Part shown: positions 18,189 to 26,331 of the stretch, in pieces
Layout of the letters: each line of letters starts with the position of its first letter
How positions within the stretch are numbered: the stretch's first letter is position 1
Source: Candidatus Bipolaricaulia bacterium
GTDB taxonomy: Bacteria > Bipolaricaulota > Bipolaricaulia > JBHIAT01
Reading direction: 5' to 3'
Length of the DNA stretch: 27,726 nucleotides
Assembly (NCBI GenBank): GCA_046758705.1
Contig: JBHIAT010000030.1
Coordinates: 1-27,726, forward strand
The notes under the pieces: generated by a model
Seen by the model: the letters and a program-made list of their open reading frames with translations, nothing else
Databases searched by the model: none
Told to the model about the DNA's origin: nothing
Position numbers and translations under genes: made by a program

Positions 18189-19339
18189 TATCTTGCCTTC
18201 CTGATCTTCTCGACCTCGGCTACGATCATCTCAGCCCCGACCTCCATGCCTTCAACAGGCTGAATCCCTCTCTCTTGAAGCATTCGTCTCCCTTCTGCTT
18301 CGTTCGTACCGGTGAGTCGGACGACCAGCGGTTGCTCAGCTTTCAGCGCTTGGTTCGCCTCTATCAGGCCTTGGGCCACCGCATCGCCGCGGGTGATTCC
18401 CCCGAAGATATTGATGAACACGCCATCCACCTGCTCGTCTGAGATCACGATCTCCAGGGCTTCTCGCATCTGGGCGGCATCGGCCCCACCCCCGATGTCC
18501 AAGAAATTGGCCGGACGGCCGCCCTTCAGCTGTACCAGGTCGAGGGTTGCCATCACCAGGCCTGCCCCGTTTCCAATTATTCCGATATTTCCATCGAGTT
18601 TGACATATCCCAGGCCGACCTCCTCGGCGCGACGTTCCTCAGGGCTATGGTGCACAGCAGCGGACCGATACCGTTGAAGTTCCGGGTGTCGGTAGAGCGC
18701 ATCATCATCGACGATAAACTTCGCGTCGAGCGCGATCAGCCCGCCGTCCAGGCCGACCGCCAGCGGGTTGATCTCAACCAAGTTGGCCTCATACTGTATG
18801 AATGCGTGATAGAGTCGCTCTATGATATCCGCAAGCGGTTTGAATCGCTCCCGATCGATACCGGCACCAAGCAGTAGATTCCGGATTTGATAAGCATGGA
18901 TTCCTTCGAGCGGCTCCACATGGAACTTGAACACGGCCTCTGGATGCTGGACGGCGAGCTCTTCGATGTCGATCCCTCCCTCTGCGGAGAAGATCACCAC
19001 CGGTTTCCGGGTGGAGCGATCGAGCGTTATTCCCAGGTAGAGTTCATCCTGGATGCCGATCGCCTGTTCCACCAGAACCTCTTCAACCGGTACTCCTTTT
19101 AACATGCTCCCCAGAAGCTTCCTGGCATGTTCCTCCGCCGTCTCGGGTCCTTGGGCGAACTGGATCCCTCCTGCCTTACCCCGGCCTCCCACTACGACTT
19201 GCGCCTTGACGACCACCGGCGTGCCGTACGATCGGGCGATCCGCGCGACCTCCTCCGGTGAGTTCGCCACCTTCCCTTCCTGAACGGGTATCCCTGACGA
19301 AGCGAACAGCTCTTTTCCCTGATATTCCAACAGTCTCAT
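18188..19339 (-). CDS. sucC: Succinate-CoA ligase (ADP-forming) beta subunit
   Basis: MRLLEYQGK, KAQVVVGGRGKAGG, EINPL, GNGAGLVMATLD, ANFLDIGGGA, NIFGGI. Confidence 0.96.
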   Translation of the reverse strand: MRLLEYQGKELFASSGIPVQEGKVANSPEEVARIARSYGTPVVVKAQVVVGGRGKAGGIQFAQGPETAEEHARKLLGSMLKGVPVEEVLVEQAIGIQDELYLGITLDRSTRKPVVIFSAEGGIDIEELAVQHPEAVFKFHVEPLEGIHAYQIRNLLLGAGIDRERFKPLADIIERLYHAFIQYEANLVEINPLAVGLDGGLIALDAKFIVDDDALYRHPELQRYRSAAVHHSPEERRAEEVGLGYVKLDGNIGIIGNGAGLVMATLDLVQLKGGRPANFLDIGGGADAAQMREALEIVISDEQVDGVFINIFGGITRGDAVAQGLIEANQALKAEQPLVVRLTGTNEAEGRRMLQERGIQPVEGMEVGAEMIVAEVEKIRKAR

Positions 19340-19381
19340 CGCACTTTGTCCAACCTCTTTACTATTATTCCCAGCTCACGG

Positions 19382-19675
19382 TCATGGGGACGACCGCTCA
19401 TCGTCGTCTTGCCCCGCCTCGCGATCTTCATCCGGCATCGCACCTGCTGCCTCTGCTTCCCCTGACGCTGAGGTCACTTGGGACTCGACCTGGGGGAGAT
19501 CTTTGTCTATCTCAGACGTCGCCTCAAGTTCCTGTCCGAATTCATTCTTAGCCTTCTGAAACTCGCGGACCCCCCGTCCCAGGGATTGGGCGATCTTGGG
19601 AAGTCGATCTGCACCGAAGATAACTAGGGCGATGACCATGATAATCAGCAACTCAGGAACACCGATGCCAAACAT
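19382..19675 (-). CDS. tatA: Twin-arginine translocase TatA/E
   Basis: MFGIGVPELLIIMVIALVIFGADRLPKIAQSLGRGVREF. Confidence 0.95.
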   Translation of the reverse strand: MFGIGVPELLIIMVIALVIFGADRLPKIAQSLGRGVREFQKAKNEFGQELEATSEIDKDLPQVESQVTSASGEAEAAGAMPDEDREAGQDDDERSSP

Positions 19676-19738
19676 TACATTCCTTCACCTCCTGCCCTGC
19701 TAATGACATCTTGGCTGTAAGGCTCGTTCTACACTCTA

Positions 19739-19768
19739 AAGTTAGCAGAAACGGGCGGGCGACGTCAA
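19739..19768 (-). promoter_or_regulatory. Putative sigma70 promoter for the tatA-sucC run
   Basis: TTGACG-18 nt-TAACTT with TG extension. Confidence 0.45.
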
Positions 19769-19805
19769 GGCTCAACGGGGGATCGTGGAGCCGTTTGAGG
19801 TTCGA

Positions 19806-20333
19806 CTACCGTTCCTTCTCCAGCTCATGGACGCCATGACCCAACACCGGCAGAATCAATCGCTCCATGGCCAGCTCGACCGCGGCTTTAGATCCTGGAA
19901 GTGAGAACACCAGCATCCTCCCGATCGCTCCGGCGATTGCTCGGGACAAGATTGCGAACGGACCGATCTCCTCGTAGGAGAGCCATCTGAACAGTTCTCC
20001 GAACCCCGTCAGTTCTTTATCCAATAGGCTGCTCACCGTCTCATAGGTGACATCCCGCTTTGATAAACCGGTCCCCCCGTTCAAGATCGCGACCTGAACC
20101 TCCTGCTGATGAGTGAGCTGTTTCAGCAGATTGCGGATCTCATCGGCCTCGTCCGGGACAATCCGGTAATCGATCACCCGATGCCCCTCCGCTTCGAGCC
20201 TGTCTCGGATCAACCGGCCGCTGGCATCGGACGCTTCGTCTCGGGTATCGCTGACGGTGACCACCCAACAGTTGATTGACTCGACCTCCAGATACCCATG
20301 CTCATGTCGATGCTCATACTGATCGTCGCCGAT
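19806..20333 (-). CDS. moaB: Molybdenum cofactor biosynthesis MoaB/MogA family protein; start inferred at ATC 20333
   Basis: VTVSDTR, D.SG, NGGTGLSKRDVT, GFGELFR, SRA.AG, SLPGS; His-rich N-terminal extension upstream of 20264. Confidence 0.92.
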   Translation of the reverse strand: MGDDQYEHRHEHGYLEVESINCWVVTVSDTRDEASDASGRLIRDRLEAEGHRVIDYRIVPDEADEIRNLLKQLTHQQEVQVAILNGGTGLSKRDVTYETVSSLLDKELTGFGELFRWLSYEEIGPFAILSRAIAGAIGRMLVFSLPGSKAAVELAMERLILPVLGHGVHELEKER

Positions 20334-20435
20334 CTTCGCTCACCTCTCATCCTGATATCCAACGCCTCGATTCTGAACTCGATGGTAGCAGAATATGACG
20401 CTTTTTTCCAAGGCCTGACTGCGAGGCAAGCTGGT

Positions 20436-20464
20436 TTGACAAGCGATTGGAGAGTTGATAAAAT
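20436..20464 (+). promoter_or_regulatory. Sigma70 promoter for tRNA-Ile
   Basis: TTGACA-17 nt-TAAAAT with TG extension, 11 nt before the tRNA. Confidence 0.8.
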
Positions 20465-20475
20465 AATCGGGCGAT

Positions 20476-20550
20476 GGGTCTATAGCTCAGGGGAAGAGCG
20501 CACGCCTGATAAGCGTGAGGTCCCTGGTTCAAATCCAGGTAGGCCCACCA
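20476..20550 (+). tRNA. tRNA-Ile(GAT), intact copy (attL side of island)
   Basis: Acceptor GGGTCTA/TAGGCCC, anticodon arm CACGC-CT-GAT-AA-GCGTG, GGTTCAAATCC, encoded CCA. Confidence 0.97.
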
Positions 20551-20621
20551 GAGTGGTTGTTTTTTACTTCCTGACAGGTTTTCAGCAACTTCTCCCTTGA
20601 GCGCTTTGCCTCTCAAAATCC

Positions 20622-20843
20622 ATGCAAAATTGGCCCAGTAAAGCGCTCCCCTATAACCGGGAGAATCTGACCGATCCGACCCAGGACAATCTTACACTGG
20701 AGGAAGCCATCAAACACTTTCTTCTGATGGCTTGTGTTGACGGACGTGTCTACAGAACAATCGAACTCTACAACCAGATTTTTGACAACTATGTAGCGGT
20801 CGATCACAGTTCTATCCCCTCTCGCTCTGTCCCACATGGGTAA
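20622..20843 (+). pseudogene. Probable N-terminal remnant of a tyrosine recombinase/integrase
   Basis: LTLEEAIKHFLLMACVDGRVYRTIELY resembles the integrase SAM-like N-terminus (FL...GRSxxTIxxY); next to attL; no catalytic domain follows. Confidence 0.55.
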
Positions 20844-20847
20844 GGAA

Positions 20848-21129
20848 TCAGAGGGAGCTGGGGAGATCTTCATACGTCTCTGGACCCCTCTTGGGCCGCA
20901 CATGCAGCACCAGGATCATCTGATCCTCGTCATCCACGCGGTAGATAATCCGCCACCGGTTCAACCGGATACGGAAGCGCCCGGGCAAGCCTCGCAGCTC
21001 CTTCGTCTCTAATGGCCGGGGGTCATCAGCCAGAGCCTTTACCAGGCGCCGCGTCCGTTGCCGGTAATCGCCCGGCATCTTTCGCAGTGCTCGCCGTGCT
21101 TCGTCGGTGTATCTAATCCGGTAACGCAC
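20848..21129 (-). CDS. Type II TA toxin, RelE/ParE family
   Basis: YRIRYTDEARRALRKM...PRP...KELRG...FRIRLNRWRIIYRVDD...VLHV; overlaps the upstream antitoxin. Confidence 0.9.
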   Translation of the reverse strand: MRYRIRYTDEARRALRKMPGDYRQRTRRLVKALADDPRPLETKELRGLPGRFRIRLNRWRIIYRVDDEDQMILVLHVRPKRGPETYEDLPSSL

Positions 21130-21379
21130 CCTGGGATTCCAGTGCTTCGATCTCTTTCCACACTTCGTCGTGGGAGTAGGTGCGCTCTTCCCCGCTGGCT
21201 ATACGGGCTTCGATCTCCTGAACGGCCCGCACGTCTTCGGCTTCCTCCAGAGCTTCGGTGACGTACTCCTCCAGGGCGGCACGCACCACATCAGAAACGG
21301 TCTCCCCGCGCAACGCCGCTACGGCTTTGGCCCGGCGCCGCAGGTCCTCAGGGAGCTTGATCGTCAACCTAGCGGTCAT
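21113..21379 (-). CDS. Type II TA antitoxin, ribbon-helix-helix (CopG/RelB-like)
   Basis: RLTIKLPEDL...TVSDVVRAALEEY plus acidic C-terminus; TGGTATAAT extended -10 at 21425-21433. Confidence 0.88.
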   Translation of the reverse strand: MTARLTIKLPEDLRRRAKAVAALRGETVSDVVRAALEEYVTEALEEAEDVRAVQEIEARIASGEERTYSHDEVWKEIEALESQGALPD

Positions 21380-21555
21380 GTCATCTCATCCCCTCATGCA
21401 TAAAACATACTTCTGTATAGCTGTATTATACCACATAATTTGACTCTTGCCCAGGGCAGTGCTGGGATCAGCTCCCCTGGGGCTGGCGATTGAACAGGTC
21501 GCAGTTCATTAATCCTGTCCCTTTCCCCTTGGCTCTCTTAGAAGCTGCTGTCCCT

Positions 21556-21580
21556 TTGGTGTATCAGTTGGTGTATCAGT
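21556..21580. repeat. 12-bp tandem direct repeat
   Basis: TTGGTGTATCAG TTGGTGTATCAG T. Confidence 0.75.
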
Positions 21581-22001
21581 CGGGATCATCGTCTCGTTTC
21601 CGCACTTCGGGCAGACCTTAACCCGTCCGCTCGTCATGTGCCACAGTGAATAGATCAATCCCGGAACGATGTCAGCTAACTGACCGATGGAGGGAAGTCG
21701 GCTTTATTACCAGAGCCCCTTGATCTAGCGAGAGACCCTGTAATCGCCTCCGACGCGGGGGGCTAGGAGTTTATAAGAGAAAGGGGTGATTGACATTTAA
21801 GTTAGCCATCCCTGCCATCCGGGGGCTTATATTCTGCTGGTGGTTGTGGGAATCAACGGCTTAGTCATGCGGAACGATTGGGGGCGGGCCATAGGAGATC
21901 ACCGCCCCCGTGGTTTCTTCAGGAATTGCACGGTTGGATCGGGTTGGGGTATAAAAGATCGAAAGCCAGAGCTATCTTTAATAGCAATGGAGGTTGAGCT
22001 G

Positions 22002-23286
22002 ATGACGACTCGAGTTCAAACTATTGATAAAGCAGCGTCTCACTCGCTTGCCATCTTACAGTTCCTGCTACGCGATTATCATCCGCGCAACTTCACCATT
22101 TGCCTGTGGGACGGCAGCCAGTGGCCGGCCGAGATCGAGTGCCCTGATTTTACCTTGACTCTCAAGCATCCCGGTGCCTTGCGACGAATGCTCCAGAACA
22201 CCACCACCGATCTTTACCTGGGCGAGGCCTATATTTACGATGATTTCGATATCGAGGGGGATATCGAAGCGGTGTTCCCGGTAGCCGACTACTTAATGAG
22301 CCTCGACTGGCGTATTTCTACGCGCCTACGCCTGGGCTGGAAGTTGCTCCATCTGCCCAACAATCGGCCGCCCAGGAGCAATAAGCGGCAAGCCGCCACA
22401 CTGAGCGGAAAACCTCACTCGATAGAACGTGACCGGCAGGCCGTGACCTATCACTATGACATATCCAACGATTTCTACGCCCTGTGGCTCGACCAGTGCA
22501 TGGTTTATTCCTGCGCTTACTTTGCCACTGGTGACGAAGACCTCGACACCGCCCAGGTGCGAAAACTAGACTATCTCTGTCGCAAGATGCGACTGCGTCC
22601 CGGCGAGCGTCTACTCGACATTGGTTGCGGCTGGGGCGGTCTGGTTATGCACGCCGCCCAGCATTACGGTGTGGATGCCCTCGGCATTACCCTCAGCCGC
22701 CCCCAGGTCGAACTGGCCAACGAGCGTATTCGGCAGGCTGGGTTGAGCAACTACTGTCGGGTGGAGGTGAGTGACTACCGTGAGTTGGACGAGCCGGATG
22801 GTTTCGACAAGCTGGTCAGCGTGGGCATGTTTGAGCACGTGGGCGAAACGCTGCTGCCGATCTACTTCCAGCAAGCGTGGCGACTGTTGAAGCCTGGCGG
22901 AGCTTTCCTCAACCACCGACCCACTGCCCACAGGTTCCACCTTTACGGACCGTTACGTCTTTCCTGATGGCGAGTTGGTGCCCATCAACGTAACTCTGCG
23001 TCACGCCGAAGAATCAGGCTTTGAGGTGCACGACGTAGAGAGCCTGCGCGAGCACTATGCCCTCACCCTACGTCATTGGGTACGTAACCTGGAAGCTTGC
23101 CACGACCAGGTGCTGCAGGTGGTCAACGAGCCTACCTATGGTGTGTGGCGGCTATTTATGTCCGGCTCCGCCCATGGTTTCGCTGTGGGGCGGTTGAACC
23201 TCTACCAGGCCTTGCTGGTCAAACCTGACCGAGGCAACAGCGACCTGCCGCTGACCCGCGCCGACTGGTACACCCCCAGTCAATAA
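22002..23286 (+). pseudogene. cfa: Cyclopropane-fatty-acyl-phospholipid synthase, frameshifted near 22917
   Basis: YHYDISNDFY, MVYSCAYF, LLDIGCGWGG, SVGMFEHVG; after FLNH the conserved FTDRYVFPDGELVP continues in another frame. Confidence 0.88.
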
Positions 23287-23313
23287 CAGTCAAACCTGTT
23301 CATTCATTATCAC

Positions 23314-23348
23314 CAGGAACCCGGCGACCTCAAGCCATCGGGCTCCTG
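23314..23348. terminator. Hairpin between convergent cfa and NTF2 genes
   Basis: CAGGAACCCG ... CGGGCTCCTG imperfect stem; no clear U tract. Confidence 0.35.
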
Positions 23349-23387
23349 ACCTATCTCATGAATCTGATCCGGTCTTGTCCGGCCCCC

Positions 23388-23882
23388 CTATGGCTCGGGA
23401 AGCACTGAGGCGTGATCGTGGACGATCAACCACTTCCCTTCAATCTTCTGCAAGACCATTGTAAATCTCCCGGAGAACCCTTCTCCTGGTCCCTCTGGGA
23501 TTTGGAGATTATAAACAAAGTGTCCGGTCAAGATCACCACATCGTCTCCGAGCAACGTGAGTTGTGGTTGTCTAGGAGAGAGGGAGACACTCCCTGGGGG
23601 AAGCTGGGCAAAGAAACCAAGGGTTGCCTTCCAGAACTCCCCTATCTGGCTCCAGCCATCCAGACGAAAGGGCTCGATATCGGAAAAGGCGGTTGCCTCC
23701 TCGGACTGCCACCACAGGGAGGCAAACAGCTCGAAATCCCCGGTATTGAAAGCCTGGATAAATTGTTGTGCGACAGCCAGCACTTCATCCCCCACTGTGT
23801 CTGCAAGGGTCACAGGTGTCACCGAAAACCAAAACCCCAAGGCGATGGTGAACACCAGCCCCCATGTAATTCGCTTCCTCAT
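23388..23882 (-). CDS. Secreted NTF2-like/SnoaL-like (YybH/DUF4440-type) protein, copy A
   Basis: Signal peptide ending TLA; AFNTGD, GWSQI, GRFTMVLQKIEGKWLIVHDHAS; AAGGAGGT SD. Confidence 0.88.
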   Translation of the reverse strand: MRKRITWGLVFTIALGFWFSVTPVTLADTVGDEVLAVAQQFIQAFNTGDFELFASLWWQSEEATAFSDIEPFRLDGWSQIGEFWKATLGFFAQLPPGSVSLSPRQPQLTLLGDDVVILTGHFVYNLQIPEGPGEGFSGRFTMVLQKIEGKWLIVHDHASVLPEP

Positions 23883-23943
23883 CTTTGTTACCTCCTTCTG
23901 GTTTTAAACAAGGCGCTATCGCGCTTCCTAATCCGATCCGGTC

Positions 23944-24447
23944 TTATCCAGGTGGTTCAGGAAGCACTGAGATGTGCAAGTGAACGATCAACCACTTCCC
24001 TTCAATCTTCTGGTAGACTCCCGTAGCCCTCCCAGCGGCCGTTTCCTGTGGCCCCCCTGGGATCTGGAGAGAAAAAACCCAGTGATCGGTAAAGATCGCC
24101 ACATCGTCTCCGAGCAACGTGACCCGTGGTTGTCTAAAAGAGAGGGAGACACTCCCTGGGGGAAGTTGAGCAAAGAAATTAAGTACTGATCCATAGAACT
24201 CCCCTACCTGGCTCCAGCCATCTTGCCGGAAGGGCTCTTCCCCATAAAAGTGGGTTATCTCCTCGGACTGCCACCACAGAGAGGCCATCAACTCGAAATC
24301 CCCGGTATTGAAGGCCTGCCCATATTGTTGTGCGACAGCCAGCACTTCATCCTCCATCGTGTCTGCAAGGGTCACAGGTGTCACCGAAAACCAAAACCCC
24401 AAGGCGATGGCGAACACCAACCCCCATGCAATTCGCTTCCTGTACAT
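23944..24447 (-). CDS. Secreted NTF2-like/SnoaL-like protein, copy B
   Basis: Colinear with copy A, about 77% aa identity by manual alignment; AAGGAGG SD. Confidence 0.88.
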   Translation of the reverse strand: MYRKRIAWGLVFAIALGFWFSVTPVTLADTMEDEVLAVAQQYGQAFNTGDFELMASLWWQSEEITHFYGEEPFRQDGWSQVGEFYGSVLNFFAQLPPGSVSLSFRQPRVTLLGDDVAIFTDHWVFSLQIPGGPQETAAGRATGVYQKIEGKWLIVHLHISVLPEPPG

Positions 24448-25134
24448 CTTGACTCCCTCCTTTAAGTCTGATTTTCAGGCTCTGGGAACCCGCGTAAGGG
24501 TTTCCTCAGGTTTTCTCGTACGATCACCTCCCTTTTATTGTGCGGATCGTTAAACCCGTTCCAAGATGAAGCCGTGGATTTGGAGAATTTACCAATGTGA
24601 GAGAGAAACTTGCAGAAGATGAGCTATACACCGCCATCCACCTTCACCCCCACCTCATTGACAGAATAGCTCAATCGGCAGATTTAGGTTTTCATAGAGG
24701 AGCTATTCAGCTAGTAATTATGATTATTGATCCTATTTCTCACTTCCTCTTAATAATCCTGATCTTTTACGGTTGTATTGTATCATAAGTTATCATAATA
24801 TACAATCGGCCAACTGACCGACAAGGGAAATCGGCCCTATTACTTGGTCACAGGAGACGGATGACATTCTCGTCATGAATCAGGTGATTCTGGGGTCAAT
24901 ATTTGGTCTGCTCAACTGTTCATTTAAGGGTGTGGTCATGGGGAGATTCAGGACATCCCCTTGACAGATATTTTATCAAGCTGATATTCTTGGTTATGCG
25001 AAGGAGGTGGCCGGGGAGTAAGGGGCACTTTCGGAGAAATTACGGGAGATAGAACATCCTTGAATCCCGCTTCCACACAGTACTTTGATTAAACTATGAT
25101 GTTCTTGCACTTATAGCGCTGGCGAAGTGGTGTA

Positions 25135-25548
25135 CTATCGTGACCAGTCTTCGATCGTTAGATCACTTACCTGAGAGAAATCCCGGACGTTACGGGTCAC
25201 CACCGTCGCTCCTGCCGTCAAGGTGATGGCCGCGATGCGTAGATCGTTCGTACCCAAGCGACGATATATCCTTCACATTTGCTCGTACTCTTGAGCTGCT
25301 TGGTCGTCGAAGTCAAGCAAATTCGCATCACAGAGAAATTCGAGGGATCGCCGCAAACCTGCGTAGGCCCATACGTAGCGTTGCACCGGCTGCTTGCGCT
25401 TCAGCAAGGGGAGCCATCCATCCAGAAGTTCCTGGGCTGTGACAAGTGTCACCCAGATTTCGGTGGGCGAATGCACAGCCAAGCGACGGATCACTTCCGC
25501 ATGACCTTGCAGGAGGAGCGAGACATGGTCTGTGTCCAGAATGTACAT
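25135..25548 (-). pseudogene. vapC: VapC/PIN toxin interrupted by one in-frame TGA (25273-25275)
   Basis: MYILDTD...E...; after TGA the same frame gives [45 protein letters not shown]. Confidence 0.9.
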
Positions 25549-25585
25549 GCGTGTTTCCTATACTATGCCTGAGGAATATAGCATG

Positions 25586-25882
25586 CTATTCTTTTGTCCG
25601 ACCCTGGCGTTGAGCTTCACGCTCTTCCTCGATCATCGCTTTTACTTCCGCCCAGAGTGGATTAGATGCCAAGATGCCAGCATGGCGTAGGTAAGGGTTA
25701 TTTTCCCTGCTTCCATTGCTTAACCACTGATGGAGAGCGAAGCGGCTAAAGCGCCATCGGCGGGCGATCTTCTGGGCAGGCACCTCTCCACGGGAAGCGG
25801 CCTCCCGCAATGCTCTGGGGGAAATCTCCAGGAGTTCAGCGGCTTCTTCTAGTGTTAGAATCTCTTTGCTCATATCTCCCAT
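25586..25882 (-). CDS. Excisionase-like (HTH_17) DNA-binding protein with C-terminal tail; probable antitoxin of the vapC
   Basis: ILTLEEAAELLEIS...GEVPAQKIARRWRF; promoter position implies start at 25882 or 25873, not 26032. Confidence 0.8.
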   Translation of the reverse strand: MGDMSKEILTLEEAAELLEISPRALREAASRGEVPAQKIARRWRFSRFALHQWLSNGSRENNPYLRHAGILASNPLWAEVKAMIEEEREAQRQGRTKE

Positions 25883-25891
25883 CTTGTTCAC

Positions 25892-25920
25892 ATTATAGGT
25901 CGTTGAAAGGTAATTATCAA
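25892..25920 (-). promoter_or_regulatory. Sigma70 promoter of the HTH-vapC module
   Basis: TTGATA-17 nt-TATAAT. Confidence 0.65.
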
Positions 25921-26226
25921 GAGTTGAGTTGCACTCGAAAAGCGTTTTCTGGAAAAGACTCTTCGGATGGGAGAAGGTCGAAACCGCAAGGAAAGTATAG
26001 AGTACCAAGCACAAAAATTCGGTATTATCCATCTAAGGAGTACACCCGCTCCCAAAGCAGGCGTACTTCATTCGCTCGGTAGTTCTCTTCTCCTTGACAA
26101 TCATCTCATCAACTTGATACCCTGGGCTATGCCAAGGGGGTGAGACGAGACAGTAAAGCGCTCTTTGGGAGAAATAAGGGAAGATCAAAAATACCCTCAA
26201 AGCCAGTTCTCACCTGAAAAAGGTCG

Positions 26227-26294
26227 TAGCTCAAGGGAAGAGCGCACGCCTGATAAGCGTGAGGTCCCTGGTTCAAATCCAGGTAGGCCCACCA
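26227..26294 (+). repeat. tRNA-Ile fragment (nt 8 to CCA); attR-like direct repeat
   Basis: Identical to 20483-20550 except 26234 A vs 20490 G; upstream AAGGTCG cannot form the acceptor stem. Confidence 0.9.
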
Positions 26295-26331
26295 ACTCCA
26301 CCCTCCAACCGTATAAGGAAAAGGAAGATCT

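Larger units (their letters stand above)
20483..26294. mobile_element. Degraded genomic island (~5.7 kb) integrated at tRNA-Ile(GAT)
   Basis: 68-bp direct repeat 20483-20550 / 26227-26294 with one mismatch; integrase-like stub, TA modules and pseudogenes inside. Confidence 0.85.

Noticed and set aside
23388-24447. Diversity-generating retroelement TR/VR pair
   Set aside because: Both copies are full ORFs, differences involve all four bases, and no reverse transcriptase is in the window
24597-24788. 63-aa ORF in island spacer
   Set aside because: No SD, no motif, AT-rich non-coding character
25273-25275. Genome-wide TGA recoding or selenocysteine in vapC
   Set aside because: TGA terminates many conserved genes here (glnA, rapZ, aspS, mraY); the position is not a Cys/redox site
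26220-26294. Second functional tRNA-Ile gene
   Set aside because: 5' heptamer AAGGTCG cannot pair with TAGGCCC; treated as attR fragment
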